A DNA stretch of 64,000 bases from an uncultured bacterium (GTDB lineage: Bacteria; Desulfobacterota_D; UBA1144; Nemesobacterales; UBA2774). The DNA is taken from positions 10,472-74,471 of the forward strand of contig CAVPJU010000005.1 in assembly GCA_963705505.1 (NCBI GenBank). Direction: 5' to 3'. The position numbers were made by a program, and so were the translations under genes. Below, one piece after another: positions 20,075-31,756 of this stretch; position 1 is the stretch's first letter; each line of letters begins with the position of its first letter. Under the pieces are notes generated by a model. It did not search any database, was not told the origin of the DNA, and saw only the letters and a list, made by a program, of their open reading frames with translations.

Positions 20075-20665
20075 GATGCCATTGCTTCACGTTGCTCGCA
20101 ATGATAAAGAAAAGGCGAAGATGATTTCTTCTTTTCCTTGATGACAACGACAGGGCAGGATCCACACGTAGCCTGTGTATTCAAGAAGCAAAAATCATCC
20201 GACTGCACAGAATTGGCTAAAAATATACTATCTTAAGGCTAAAATCTTTCAATTCCACCCTAATTAGCATCGTGGTTTACAGTGAAGCAAGACTCATGAC
20301 ATTGTTGCATTTGGGCAAGGGCGTCCGATTCGTTTTGTTTTCTGCCGCTGCTGAACCAAACATTTGCATTGATGCACTCAGCGTAGGGCGTCCGGTTGTT
20401 CACTTGCTCACAACCGTTACTTACTCGGAATCGTCCCCTAAAAGATTTTTACGTCTCGATAATCTGTTTTCTTAACGCCAATTCTGTGATGTCGGGGAAA
20501 AGAAAGACTTTTTGGTTGATATGGATATTAATGTAAACCCCCACCTTATCCCTCCCCCTTGGAAATGGGGAGGGAATCAAAATGGAAGAATGAGAATGAA
20601 AGAGAAAAGATGAGATTGCCGCGCGCGGAGTTTATCCTGAGTTTATCGAAGGGCTCGCAATAACA
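20075..20665 (+). repeat. Intergenic mosaic repeat block with double-nested unit
   Basis: Core ~20199-20496. Confidence 0.9.
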
Positions 20666-21126
20666 GTAACGGATAGGACCCCGATGAAGTCGTTCAGTCT
20701 CTGTAAATGGTAAAAATTGTCATTTGAAAATTTTTGTTGTAACCCTAATGTTATATGCTATAGTAAGTAAGCACTTACTTATGAATGAGGATCTCACATT
20801 TGGTTTTACCGCAGTTCCGATGAGGTCATTACCTCCGAAAAACCTTTGCCCCGGCAGTATTTCCTCAATAATCACAGTTATTATCACCGCATTCCTGGCG
20901 AAGTCTCATTCACGGCTTTGCTCTTACGATCATTGCGCGGCTCTCGTTTAAACAAGCCCTAAAAATTATCCCTAGACAAATTAAGCATCTTACTTTATAT
21001 TGTTATCAATTCTTAAGTAGGGAGCTTAAATTGAGACAGCCCGATACCACACAGTCAACAGTCTTCGAAAGCGAAATCCCGTATCTCAACCATAAAATCA
21101 CGAGTAATAACCCGAGGGACATCTCT

Positions 21127-22206
21127 ATGAACAATCGTACGATACAGCCGAGAATCGCGGGCATTTCGACCGTCGTTCCGCCGAACAGCTTCAGCCAGGA
21201 CCTTGCGATAGAAACAGCGAAGAAGTGGCTGTCCTCGGGCGGAGCGCCCGAGCTTTCAGTCGCGAGAACGGTTCAGGTCTTTCAGAACGCGGGAGTCGAG
21301 ACCCGCTACAGCATCACCCCTCTGGATGAGATGCTGAGGGAGAAAGACTTCCCGGAGAGAAACGCTCTCTATAGCAAGTACGCGCGGATACTCGGAGAAA
21401 AGGCTTTGAAGAATGTATTCGAGAAAACCGGGATCAAGCCCTACGAGATCGACCTCTTTATCACCGTCTCGTGCACGGGCTTCATGATACCGGCTCTCGA
21501 CGCTTACATGCTGAACCGCTTTCCGTTCAGGAACAACGTGAGGCGCCTTCCCGTAACGGAGCTCGGATGCGCGGCCGGAGTCAGCTCGCTTATATTGGCA
21601 GGCGATTATATACGCGCACATCCCGATTCGAACGCCCTCATACTCTCTCTCGAGCTCTGCACGCTCAATATGCAGCCTACGGACAAGAGCGCGGACCACT
21701 TAATTTCAACGGCGATATTCGGGGACGGGGCCGCGGCCGCGATAGTCACGGGGAGGAAAGCCGAGAGCGGTCTACATATCGTCAAAACTGAAAACAGGTT
21801 TTTCCCCGGGACGCTCGACTTCATGGGATACGACGTGGAGAAGACGGGGTTCCACATATTCCTCTCTCCCGGTATCTCCAAGTTCATAGAGAAAAACATA
21901 TCGGAGCAGATGGGTTCGATACTCCGCGACGCGGGGCTGGGAATAGAGGATATCGACTCCTGGTTATTCCACCCGGGCGGTTCCCGCATTCTGAGGTCGA
22001 TTGAAAAGGGGCTCGGCATAGACAACGGTAAACTGCGGGACAGCGCGCAAGTGCTGAGGGACTACGGGAACCTTTCGTCGGCGACCATATTTTTTATCAT
22101 CGATTCCTATCTTCAGAACGAGCAAAAAAAGAGCGGTTCCTATCAGGTAGTGGGCGCAGTGGGTCCGGGGTTCGGTTTGGACACCATTCTCACGCAATGG
22201 AAATAA
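21127..22206 (+). CDS. Type III polyketide synthase
   Basis: LGCAAG (Cys), FGDGAAA, HPGG (His), YGNLSS (Asn), GPG. Confidence 0.95.
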   Translation: MNNRTIQPRIAGISTVVPPNSFSQDLAIETAKKWLSSGGAPELSVARTVQVFQNAGVETRYSITPLDEMLREKDFPERNALYSKYARILGEKALKNVFEKTGIKPYEIDLFITVSCTGFMIPALDAYMLNRFPFRNNVRRLPVTELGCAAGVSSLILAGDYIRAHPDSNALILSLELCTLNMQPTDKSADHLISTAIFGDGAAAAIVTGRKAESGLHIVKTENRFFPGTLDFMGYDVEKTGFHIFLSPGISKFIEKNISEQMGSILRDAGLGIEDIDSWLFHPGGSRILRSIEKGLGIDNGKLRDSAQVLRDYGNLSSATIFFIIDSYLQNEQKKSGSYQVVGAVGPGFGLDTILTQWK

Positions 22207-22225
22207 ACGAAAAGGAGAATCCATC

Positions 22226-23629
22226 ATGAGCATCAACAGCGTTGGTCTAAAAGCTGATGGGGAGGGCTTCAACGAAACGAGTTCGAAGGAATCCCATGAC
22301 GTACTTTACTCAAGGCACGTGAACCCGCAGTGGGTGAAGCTGTTCAACACGCTCGGGATGAACGCGAGGTACGAGTCCTGCCTCGGGGCGGAGGTACGCA
22401 CGGAGGATAAGCGCAGGCTGCTCGACTACCTCTCGGGCTACTGCGTTTATAACGCGGGGCATAACCATCCCCGGATCGTAGCCGCGCTCGCGGACGAGCT
22501 TTACAGGGGAGGGCCGACGATGCTCCAGAGCCATGTGCCCGAGCTTGCGGCTGAGCTCGCCGCGCGACTCTGCGCGCTCGCCGGAGGGCGTCTGAACAAG
22601 GTCTTTTTCACGAGCTCCGGGAGCGAGGGGGTCGAGACGGTGATAAAGTTTTCCCGCGCCCATACGAACAGGCCGGGGATCCTCTACTGCCACAGGGCGT
22701 TTCACGGGCTTACATGCGGCGCTCTATCGCTGATGGACGACCCCTACTGGCGTAAAGGGTTCGGACCTCTCCTGCCTTATACGGAGGGGGTGCCGTTCCT
22801 CGATCTCGAAGCGCTCGAAGAAAAGCTGAAGAGCAGACGTTTCGCCGCGTTTATCGTCGAGCCGATCCAGTCCGAAGCCGGCGTGCGCGTGCCCCATGAC
22901 GGTTATCTGAAGCAAGCCGAGAGCCTGTGCCGGAGATACGGGACGCTCTTCGTCCTCGACGAGGTGCAGACCGGCATTTACAGAACGGGGCCTTTCCTCG
23001 CAGCGCACCACTGGGGGCTCGATCCGGACATGGTCATCCTCGCAAAGGCGCTCAGCGGAGGGTTCGTCCCCTGCGGGGCAGTGCTTATGACCGACGAGAT
23101 AAACCGCTCGGTTTACAGCTCCGTCTTCCGCGCATTCGTCCACACCTCGACCTTCGGCGAGAATAACCTCGCCATGCGCGCGGGGCTCGCCACGCTCGAC
23201 GTGATGCAGGAGGAAGGCCTGGGCGAGCGCGCAATAGTGCTCGGGGAGCGTCTGAGAAACGGGCTCAAAGAGGTCTCCGGGAATTACGAAATGGTCCACG
23301 GGATAAACGGCATGGGACTCCTGAACGGGATAGAGTTCGGAGAGCCTAAAATGCTCAGGCTTAAAATACCCTACGAGACTTTCAAGAGAATCCATCCGGC
23401 AATGTTCGGTATGATCGTCGTGATGCGGCTATTCAGGGAGAAGAACATCCTGACGCAGATATGCGGCAATAACCACATGGTGGTGAAGGCATCTCCCCCG
23501 CTCGTCGTGACGGAGGCCGGTATAGACAAGTTCGTGTCCTCGATGGGGGAGATACTGGAGACGATCCACACGAAGGCGTCGTTCTGGTCGGAGGCGCTCC
23601 TTATGGCAAGGCGCGCGGTGAATATATGA
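22226..23629 (+). CDS. Class III PLP aminotransferase (HpnO/ornithine-AT-like)
   Basis: GHNHP, SGSEGVE, FHGLT, EPIQSE, DEVQTG, AKALSGG, STFG. Confidence 0.9.
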   Translation: MSINSVGLKADGEGFNETSSKESHDVLYSRHVNPQWVKLFNTLGMNARYESCLGAEVRTEDKRRLLDYLSGYCVYNAGHNHPRIVAALADELYRGGPTMLQSHVPELAAELAARLCALAGGRLNKVFFTSSGSEGVETVIKFSRAHTNRPGILYCHRAFHGLTCGALSLMDDPYWRKGFGPLLPYTEGVPFLDLEALEEKLKSRRFAAFIVEPIQSEAGVRVPHDGYLKQAESLCRRYGTLFVLDEVQTGIYRTGPFLAAHHWGLDPDMVILAKALSGGFVPCGAVLMTDEINRSVYSSVFRAFVHTSTFGENNLAMRAGLATLDVMQEEGLGERAIVLGERLRNGLKEVSGNYEMVHGINGMGLLNGIEFGEPKMLRLKIPYETFKRIHPAMFGMIVVMRLFREKNILTQICGNNHMVVKASPPLVVTEAGIDKFVSSMGEILETIHTKASFWSEALLMARRAVNI

Positions 23630-23705
23630 GGGCCGGGGCCGCGGAATCGTAACCGGCATGTCTTTCCGAATGTTAAGAATAAAGAATCTGAAAAGAGAGG
23701 GAATC

Positions 23706-24398
23706 ATGATAAGGAAAATATCAGCAGCAGCAATTGTATCGGCAGCTTTACTCATATCTTTTATACCGCTCGCCGCGTTCTCGACGCAGGGCGAAGCAAC
23801 GACCGCAAAGGGCAGCCTGACGCCCGATATATTCGGGAGCAGCGAAGTAATGGAATTCGACATCGTAAAGGACATTAGCTCGGTCGAGTTTATCGGTATC
23901 TCCATGATGCACCACTTCACCGGGATTTCCCACGGCGTCACGGGCTTTACCAGGGTCAACTTCGCGGCGCCCGAAACGAGCACTGCAACCGAGATCACGG
24001 TGCCCGTCGATACGCTTAAAGGTATCGCGCTCGGGTCCGAGAAAGAAGACATGTCCAAGAACATACACATGAACCTCGAATCCGATAAGTACCCGGACAT
24101 TAAATTCAAAGTGACTCAGATACTGCCGGAAAAGACGGAGAGCGCCGATCCCGCGGCAAGGAGTTACCTGCTAAAGGGGGACCTTACGATCCATAACGTG
24201 ACAAAGCCCATCGTGCTTACGGCCAATACGGATATAAAGGACGGGTTCCTGCACATTACCGGGGAATACGACAACCTCAACATGACGGATTACGGCGTCG
24301 TGGCCAAACCCCTTATGGCCATTATCAGGGTGGACGATATAATCGATATAAAATTCGATATTTACGAAGACCTCAAGAAGAGCGCTCCCGTTCAATAA
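23706..24398 (+). CDS. YceI-like polyisoprenoid-binding protein
   Basis: Signal peptide, SSVEF, KYPDIKF, GDLTIHNVTKPI, DYGV. Confidence 0.85.
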   Translation: MIRKISAAAIVSAALLISFIPLAAFSTQGEATTAKGSLTPDIFGSSEVMEFDIVKDISSVEFIGISMMHHFTGISHGVTGFTRVNFAAPETSTATEITVPVDTLKGIALGSEKEDMSKNIHMNLESDKYPDIKFKVTQILPEKTESADPAARSYLLKGDLTIHNVTKPIVLTANTDIKDGFLHITGEYDNLNMTDYGVVAKPLMAIIRVDDIIDIKFDIYEDLKKSAPVQ

Positions 24399-24455
24399 TC
24401 ATTCCGGGACTCCGGCAAAAACAATCGAAAAAAACAATCTCAGACGAGGGTAAAT

Positions 24456-25550
24456 ATGGAAAGCGACGTGATCGTTATAGGGGCAGGGCCCGGCGGCTCG
24501 GCGAGCGCGATTTCATTCAGGAGGCGCGGCTTCGGTGTGGCAGTGCTGGAAAAGAGGTTCATGCCGAGGGACAAGGTTTGCGGGGAGATGGTCGCTCCGC
24601 TCGGGGTGAAGGAGCTGAGGAAGTTAGGCGTGCTCGGCAAGATAGAGGACGCCGGAGCCAATAAGGTGAAAAAGGTCATCTTCTATTCCTCCCGCGGGGC
24701 CAGGGCCGAGCTCGGATTCCCCGGAGATGAATACGGAGTCGCGATGAGCAGGGAGAGGTTCGACACGATCCTGTTCGAGGAAGCGCGCCGTGAAGGGGCC
24801 CTGGGGATAGAGGGGTTCCGCGTGGATAACGTGGAGAGGGAGCGGGGCACGCGGCTCTTCAGGGTGGAAGGGGCTTACAACAAAACGGGCAGGAGAGAGA
24901 CGTACCGCTCGAAAGCCGTGATAAACGCCTCGGGACTCAAAGGGGTCGGATACAAGGATAAAAAGTGCAGAGAATTTCTTTACGCCTTTAAAGTGCACCT
25001 GCGAGGCGTTTCCTGCGGGGACGCTGCGGAGCTCTTTTTTTACGACGGCGGGTACGGTGGCCTGGTCGATATCGAGGACGGGATCGTCAACCTCTCGTTT
25101 CAGATAAGGAAAGACCAGGTGTCTTTAATGACCGGGCACCCGCTCGATATACTGAAGCATATACTCCCGGCGTCTCATCCGGTCTATGAGAAATTATCCG
25201 GGGCCGAGCCCGTGGGGGAATGGGAGGCTATGGGGAGCGTCTTCGCACGAAGGATGGGATCGTTTCCAGGGGTGTGGAACATAGGGGACGCCTCCGGGAT
25301 AATCGACCCGTTCACGGGCCTCGGAATCAGCCTCGCCCTGCAGGGCGGTAGGCACATCGGGGAGAACCTCGAAATCGGCAAGGAGCGCCGCACTTACGAT
25401 CTCAAGAGAAACCTCAACAGGACGCGTTTTTTAACCGTGGATATGTTAAGGAAGGTACTTTTCCGTCCGCGTCTTTCTCACATGATAATGAAGCACGCGT
25501 CATTCTCCCCCATGCTGGGGATGATGATTCTGGGGCTGCTGCATACGTGA
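24456..25550 (+). CDS. FAD-dependent oxidoreductase (geranylgeranyl reductase-like)
   Basis: GAGPGG, PRDKVCGE, RERFD, GDASG.IDPFTGLGI. Confidence 0.9.
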   Translation: MESDVIVIGAGPGGSASAISFRRRGFGVAVLEKRFMPRDKVCGEMVAPLGVKELRKLGVLGKIEDAGANKVKKVIFYSSRGARAELGFPGDEYGVAMSRERFDTILFEEARREGALGIEGFRVDNVERERGTRLFRVEGAYNKTGRRETYRSKAVINASGLKGVGYKDKKCREFLYAFKVHLRGVSCGDAAELFFYDGGYGGLVDIEDGIVNLSFQIRKDQVSLMTGHPLDILKHILPASHPVYEKLSGAEPVGEWEAMGSVFARRMGSFPGVWNIGDASGIIDPFTGLGISLALQGGRHIGENLEIGKERRTYDLKRNLNRTRFLTVDMLRKVLFRPRLSHMIMKHASFSPMLGMMILGLLHT

Positions 25551-25599
25551 GGATCAGCAGTGATTCCTGGAATGATCTGAATTATTTTTATTTACATAC

Positions 25600-26460
25600 T
25601 TCCCCTACTCTCCCCTATCCCCTCCCCTCCAATTGGAGGGGAGGGGAATTAAAAGAGACCCTTCGATCCTTCGACAGGCTCAGGACAGGCTCACTGCTCA
25701 GCGGGAACGAGTTTAATATGAGATTTCCGCGCTTCATTTCAGTGCGCTTACGATGATAAAGAAAAGGCAAAGATATGTTTCTTCTTTGTCTTGATACAAA
25801 GAAGCAAAAATCACACACATAGTGTGGTCTTTCGAAAATACGAAGAAAAAAGAAAGGCAAATATATTTCTCTTCTTTTCCGTTTGAGCCTGCCGTAGCCT
25901 GAAAAGAAGCAAAAATCACCGACTGCACAGAATTGTGCTAAAAATATCTTATTCCGGCTAAAATGTTTCAATTCCTCCCAAATTAGCTTCGTAGCTTATT
26001 GATATTCGAGGCTCATTACCTATCACTGATAGGAAAGGGCGTCCGATTCCTTGCTTGCTCGGAATCGTCCCCTGAAAGATTTTCACGCCTTAATAATCTA
26101 TTTTCTTAACGCAAATTCTGTGATGTCCTCAAAAAGATGGAGGGTGGGATGGTTGTTCGATATTATAAGTCTGCGGGTGCTTGCCCGCCGTCAATTCTGT
26201 GAATGTCATCAAAAGATTAAATTCCCGGTAAAGGCGTTTTGGAATCACAGGAATATTGAGGTAAACCCCCACCCTATCCCTCCCCCTTGGAAATGGGGAG
26301 GGAATTAATAAGAGAGGCTAAAGTAGATTTCTCGCGATGCTCGAAATGACAAATTTCGATCCTTCGACTGCACACTACGTGTGCGCTCAGGGCGAATGGG
26401 TTATTGAAATTAATGTACACCCCCATCCTCACCTTCCCCCTTGATATGGGGAAGGGAAAA
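25600..26460 (+). repeat. Intergenic mosaic repeat block
   Basis: Core ~25919-26127 carrying a divergent nested unit. Confidence 0.9.
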
Positions 26461-26623
26461 CTGCTCAAAGATGGGAATGAAAGGGGCGGATCTGTGTTGC
26501 CGGAAGCAGCGTATCAATATCGATGAGCGCTCCGGGAGGGGCTTGTCCTGGGGCAGGTCTATGAATTAGAATAGTCCGGAGGAGCGGCCACGGTTCAGGG
26601 TCAATACGGGGGCCGGATTTGAT

Positions 26624-27709
26624 ATGACGGGAAAAGCGAAGAAAACATCTGTAACGGGAAAGAAGGCCTACAAAACGAGCGGGCTTCATCCGGGCGCCCT
26701 CATACACATCGGGGAGAAGAAGGCGGAGAAGGTCAGGTTTACGGTGCTCGACTACGACCAGGACAATGTCACGGAGAGGGAATACGAGGGCGTGGACGAA
26801 TGCCTGGTGTATGCGGATAAAGAGACCGTTACGTGGGTCAACGTGAACGGTCTCCACGATACGGAGGTAATACATAAGATCGGCGAGCACTTCGGTATCC
26901 ATTCGCTCGCGCTCGAAGACATACTCGACACGGACAAGCGGCCGGAGCTCGACGATTACGTGGATTTTATTTTTATAATACTCAAGATGGTCCTCGTCGA
27001 TCGGGAAAGCGGACGGATAGACGCCGAGCAGGTGAGCCTGCTCCTGTGTAAAAATACCGTTATTTCATTCCAGGAAGGGGAAGAGGACGTGTTCGAGCCT
27101 ATTCGGCAGAGGATAAGGACCGGCAAGGGGAAAATAAGAAAAGCCGGCGCCGATTATCTTATGTACACACTTGCCGACGCGATAGTCGATAATTATTACG
27201 TAGTGCTCGAAACGCTTGGTGAATTGATCGAGGAGATCGAAGACGAGCTGCTCGAGGAGCCGGACGCTGAAACCCTGAAGGACATTTACGGGCTCAGAAG
27301 GGAGGTGGTGCTGCTGAGGAAATATACATTTCCGCTGAGAGAGCTCGTTCATAAATTCCAGATATCCGAATCGCCCCTGATAGAACACGACACCAAGCTC
27401 TATATCAGGGACCTATACGACCATTCGATGCAGATAATGGATACGACCGAATCATACAGGGACATGATCGCGGGGATGCTGGAAACGTATCTCTCGCTTT
27501 CGAGTAACCGGATGAACGAGGTGATGAAGCTCCTCACCGTGATGGCGTCCATATTCATCCCGCTCACTTTCATCGCGGGCATTTACGGGATGAACTTCGA
27601 TTATATGCCCGAGATCCACCAGCATCTGGGGTACCCGGGCGCAATCCTGTTCATGTTCATTATTGCCATGGGGATGGTCTATTACTTCAGGAGGAAGAAA
27701 TGGATATGA
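26624..27709 (+). CDS. corA: Magnesium/cobalt transporter CorA
   Basis: YGMNF signature, MPE, two C-terminal TMs. Confidence 0.95.
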   Translation: MTGKAKKTSVTGKKAYKTSGLHPGALIHIGEKKAEKVRFTVLDYDQDNVTEREYEGVDECLVYADKETVTWVNVNGLHDTEVIHKIGEHFGIHSLALEDILDTDKRPELDDYVDFIFIILKMVLVDRESGRIDAEQVSLLLCKNTVISFQEGEEDVFEPIRQRIRTGKGKIRKAGADYLMYTLADAIVDNYYVVLETLGELIEEIEDELLEEPDAETLKDIYGLRREVVLLRKYTFPLRELVHKFQISESPLIEHDTKLYIRDLYDHSMQIMDTTESYRDMIAGMLETYLSLSSNRMNEVMKLLTVMASIFIPLTFIAGIYGMNFDYMPEIHQHLGYPGAILFMFIIAMGMVYYFRRKKWI

Positions 27710-27744
27710 GGATCGTGTTCGGCATTGCGCCTTTTGAAAAAACA

Positions 27745-28020
27745 AAGGAAAGAAAAAGCAAAGGCAAAGATAGTTTCTTCTTTTCCTTGATGAAAAGAAG
27801 CAAAAATCATCCGACACACAGAATTGTGCTAAAAATCCCTCGTTAACGCTAAAATGTTTTAATTCCGCCGCAGCCCTAAAAGATTTTCATGCCTTAATAA
27901 TCGATTTTCTTAACGCCAATTCTGTGAATGTCGGGGAAAAGAAAAAGACGAAAGACCGGATTGCCGCGCCGCTCAGCAGCTCGCAATAACATCCCTCGAC
28001 AGGCTCAGGACGAACGGGCT
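27745..28020 (+). repeat. Mosaic repeat block with empty core
   Basis: Core 27811-27935 with no nested unit. Confidence 0.9.
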
Positions 28021-28177
28021 GAGGTATGTCGGAATTATTAAGGTGCTCCCCTATCCTCCCCCTTGTCTGCATACGAATAGAAAATAAAGGATTAACGGAA
28101 AGGCTGCATGTTCGCACCTGCCTGAAACCGTTGTATAATGTTCCCTATATTAAAACAGCAGGAGCAGGGAGAAGGGC

Positions 28178-28717
28178 ATGGCCAAGGATACCGACACGGT
28201 AAGCGTGATGGTGGAGATCACAAAGGGGTCGAGGAATAAGTACGAGTACGATAAGGTAAAGAAGCGGATAAAGTTTGACCGCCTTCTTTACGCTTCGGTC
28301 CATTATCCGAGCGATTACGGGTTCATAGAGGACACGCTCGGGGGGGACGGCGACCCGCTCGACGCGCTCGTGCTGCTCTGGGAGCCCACGTTCCCGGGGT
28401 GCATTATATTGTCGAAGCCCATAGGGATGTTCATGATGGGGGACGAGAAGGGGCCCGACGAGAAGATACTCTGCGTCCCTGTGGACGACCCGCACTGGAA
28501 CCACATCGAGAAGCTGACCGAGATACCGCCCCATCTGCTGAGGGAGATAGAGCACTTCTTCGCATCCTACAAGACGCTCGAGAAAAAGAACGTGCACGTC
28601 GAGGGGTGGAGGAACAAGGAGGCCGCGCTCCAGACGATTGAGGAAGCGCGGGAGAGGTATAAGGACAAGGGGAAGAAAAAGAAAAAGAAGGTGAACCGCG
28701 CGGCGGATTGGCTGTGA
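28178..28717 (+). CDS. ppa: Inorganic pyrophosphatase (family I)
   Basis: KYEYD, DGDPLD, DEKGPDEK, HFFASYK. Confidence 0.95.
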   Translation: MAKDTDTVSVMVEITKGSRNKYEYDKVKKRIKFDRLLYASVHYPSDYGFIEDTLGGDGDPLDALVLLWEPTFPGCIILSKPIGMFMMGDEKGPDEKILCVPVDDPHWNHIEKLTEIPPHLLREIEHFFASYKTLEKKNVHVEGWRNKEAALQTIEEARERYKDKGKKKKKKVNRAADWL

Positions 28718-28749
28718 GGGTTTTCTTACACGTCCGGTGACTGAAAGAA

Positions 28750-29400
28750 AGAGATGAGATTGCCGCGCTTCTTCGCAGCTCGAAATGACAAAGAAATAGC
28801 AAAGGAATGAAAAATAAAAGGCAAAAATAGTTTTCTTCTTTTCCTTGATGAAAAGAAGCAAAAATCATCCGACACACAGAATTGTGCTAAAAATCCATCG
28901 TTAACGCTAAAATCTTTCAATTCCACCCACACACCTGAAACGATTTTCACGCGTTAACAAGCGGTTTTCTTAACGCAAATTCTGTGAATGTCGGGGAAGG
29001 AAAAGGCAAGATTGCTGCGCTTCGTTTCACTGCGCTCGCAATGACAAAGAAAAAAGATGAGATTCCCGATGAAAGCGGTCGGGAATGACGGAAAGATTAA
29101 GGTAAACCCCCCACCCCCACCCTCCCCCACTTTGAAAAGGGGGGAGGGAATTAAATCTAAAAAAGAAGTGATTGCTGCGCTTACATTTTCGTTCCGCTTG
29201 CAATGACAATTAATACGTCCTTCGATCCTTCGATAAACTCAGGACAGGCTCCTGCTCAGGACAAACGGGAAATATCACCCCATCCTCACCTTCTCCCTTT
29301 CTAGGGGGAAATAATAATGCGTCCTTCGACAAGCTAAGAACAGGCTGGATTTTATCCGGGTGGTCCCCGACCCGCACCCTCCCCCTATCGAGGGGGGAAA
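28750..29400 (+). repeat. Mosaic repeat block with empty core
   Basis: Core 28868-28995 followed by several short palindromic modules. Confidence 0.9.
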
Positions 29401-29512
29401 TTAAATATAAGCGGGATTTCATCCCGGCGATTACTCGTGGCTCCGGTGAATCGAATCTTTAAAATCTTCATATATAATGACATGTGATTCTCACTGACTT
29501 CCGGACGGGAAG

Positions 29513-30661
29513 ATGAGCGACGAGGGAAAACGGGATTCGGGAAGATTGAAGGAGCTGGCGCTGCTGTTCCTGAGACTCGGGGCGACCGCGTTCGGGGGGC
29601 CTGCCGCGCAGATAGCCATAATGCACGACGAGGCGGTGCGCAGGAAGAAGTGGCTCGACGACGAGAGCTACCTCGACCTCATCGGGGCCGTGAACCTGAT
29701 ACCGGGACCGAACTCGACCGAGATGGCGATACACCTGGGATACCTCCGCGCAGGGTGGAGGGGGCTGATCGTCGCGGGGGCGTGCTTCATACTTCCGGCG
29801 GCGGTCATCGTGACGGCGCTCGCCTGGGTCTATGTCCGCTACGGCTCAACACCCGAAGGCAGCTACATCTTCTACGGCATAAAGCCCGTCATCATCGCGA
29901 TCGTGCTACAGGCGCTTATCTTTCTCGGGCGTAAGGCGGTGAGGGAGCCTGTCGCTATACTGACGGGGATAGCAGTCGCGGTCTCTTACCTCTTAGGTGT
30001 GAACGAGATCGCGCTCCTCTTCGGCGGGGGGCTTTTCGTGATGCTATGGAAGAACCTCCGCAGACTGAGGGGGCAGAGCCTCACGGCGCTCCTCGTCCCC
30101 GTTTTGGGGATAGACGTAACCACGGCATACGAGAAGGGAGTGTCCCTGACCTCGATATTTCTCGTATTCCTCAAGATTGGCTCTGTGCTCTACGGGAGCG
30201 GATACGTACTGCTCGCATTTCTCAACTCCGATTTCGTCGTGCACCGCGGATGGCTCACACACCAGCAGCTACTGGACGTGGTGGCGATAGGGCAGGTAAC
30301 GCCCGGGCCGTGGTTTACCACGGCGACGGCGATAGGGTACGTGCTCGGAGGAGTGCCGGGAGCGGCACTCGCGACGCTCGGGATATTCCTCCCTTCGTTC
30401 ATATTCGTAGCCGCGAGCAACCCGCTGATACCGAAGCTGAGGAGGTCGCCCTGGGCGGGGGCCGCGCTCGACGGCGTGAATGCATCATCGCTTGGGCTTA
30501 TGGCTGCTGTTACGATCGATCTGGCCAAGGCTTCGTTCCCGGACCCCCTTACGATAGCTATAGGCGTAGCCGCGGCGGGGGCGCTATTCTTCCTGCGCGT
30601 GAATTCGACGTGGCTCGTGCTCGCCGGAGGGATTATAGGGCTGCTGACGGGCGTGCTGTGA
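29513..30661 (+). CDS. chrA: Chromate efflux transporter (long-chain CHR)
   Basis: FGGPAA, PGP twice, YGSGY; duplicated halves. Confidence 0.92.
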   Translation: MSDEGKRDSGRLKELALLFLRLGATAFGGPAAQIAIMHDEAVRRKKWLDDESYLDLIGAVNLIPGPNSTEMAIHLGYLRAGWRGLIVAGACFILPAAVIVTALAWVYVRYGSTPEGSYIFYGIKPVIIAIVLQALIFLGRKAVREPVAILTGIAVAVSYLLGVNEIALLFGGGLFVMLWKNLRRLRGQSLTALLVPVLGIDVTTAYEKGVSLTSIFLVFLKIGSVLYGSGYVLLAFLNSDFVVHRGWLTHQQLLDVVAIGQVTPGPWFTTATAIGYVLGGVPGAALATLGIFLPSFIFVAASNPLIPKLRRSPWAGAALDGVNASSLGLMAAVTIDLAKASFPDPLTIAIGVAAAGALFFLRVNSTWLVLAGGIIGLLTGVL

Positions 30662-30827
30662 GGGGAGAGGGAAATAAAAGATGGAAAGACTATTCCTGAA
30701 ATAAATTCAGGATGACAGGTAAGTAATGGTTGCGGCTGCAATTCTGTACAACTGCGAGATCTATTCTGTGAAATATTTATTAACCCGTCTTGATTAAATA
30801 CGAAAAAGGGTATTTAATTTTCCTCTG

Positions 30828-31703
30828 ATGAAGTGCCGCAGACCGCTGGTTTTTCTTATGCTCGTTACCCTGACCGCAGCCGTGCCGCTCGCGAACGTAT
30901 CGTCCGCTAAAGACAAGAAAGGGGAAGTAGAGGTCAATTTCATATACGCCTTCCAGCTCGGGTTCGGCTCGTATAACATAGGCGGGCTCGACGTACAGGT
31001 GTACAGCCTCCCACTATCATTTACCCTTAACGATTTCCTCGGAAGCGAGAAGCTCAAGCTCGTGCTCAATACGCCGGTATTCTACGGGCGGTTCAGGTTC
31101 AGGGAAACAGAACCCGACGGGACGAGGATAAAGGTGGACCAGGACATGATGAGCGCGATCCCGGGTGTGGAGCTCCAGTGGGAGCCGGTGAGGCACTGGC
31201 ATATAAAGCCTTTCATAAACGCCGGGTTCGCATGGCAGGTCTACGACAGCTCGACTCCGAACGGGCTGAGCGTGGACGATTCATTTGTTTTTGTGTACGC
31301 GCTCGGAGTGGGGAGTCTCTACCAGATGTTCTGGAAGGATTTCACGTTTAGCCTCGGAAACAGGCTATCGTGGGCGGGGAATACGAACTTCAAGCAAAGC
31401 GTCGAGCAATCCTTCGCTTTGCTCGAAAACGGTATAGACGTGAAACACCCGCTCGGGTTTACGGTTAAGGGTTACGAGCCGGATATGAGCGTTTACTTCA
31501 ACTGGTATTACTTCATTCCCGACACGACTTTTGACAGGGCTTTCAAACCTCCGCTCAGGGTCGACAACCAGTTCGAGATTGCTACGACCTTGGGTTTTGC
31601 GACACCGAAGAAGCTCTGGGTTCTGAATGATCCCAGGATAGGCGTCGGGTACCTGTTCGGGGACATGAAGGCTTTCTCCGTGAACTTCGGGTTTCCGTTT
31701 TAG
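30828..31703 (+). CDS. Putative outer-membrane beta-barrel protein
   Basis: Signal peptide, alternating aromatic strands, C-terminal Phe. Confidence 0.65.
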   Translation: MKCRRPLVFLMLVTLTAAVPLANVSSAKDKKGEVEVNFIYAFQLGFGSYNIGGLDVQVYSLPLSFTLNDFLGSEKLKLVLNTPVFYGRFRFRETEPDGTRIKVDQDMMSAIPGVELQWEPVRHWHIKPFINAGFAWQVYDSSTPNGLSVDDSFVFVYALGVGSLYQMFWKDFTFSLGNRLSWAGNTNFKQSVEQSFALLENGIDVKHPLGFTVKGYEPDMSVYFNWYYFIPDTTFDRAFKPPLRVDNQFEIATTLGFATPKKLWVLNDPRIGVGYLFGDMKAFSVNFGFPF

Positions 31704-31756
31704 ATTCGGCTATCTCCATTTTGAAATGATAAAGATTTGATTCCAGGTTTCCGCAT

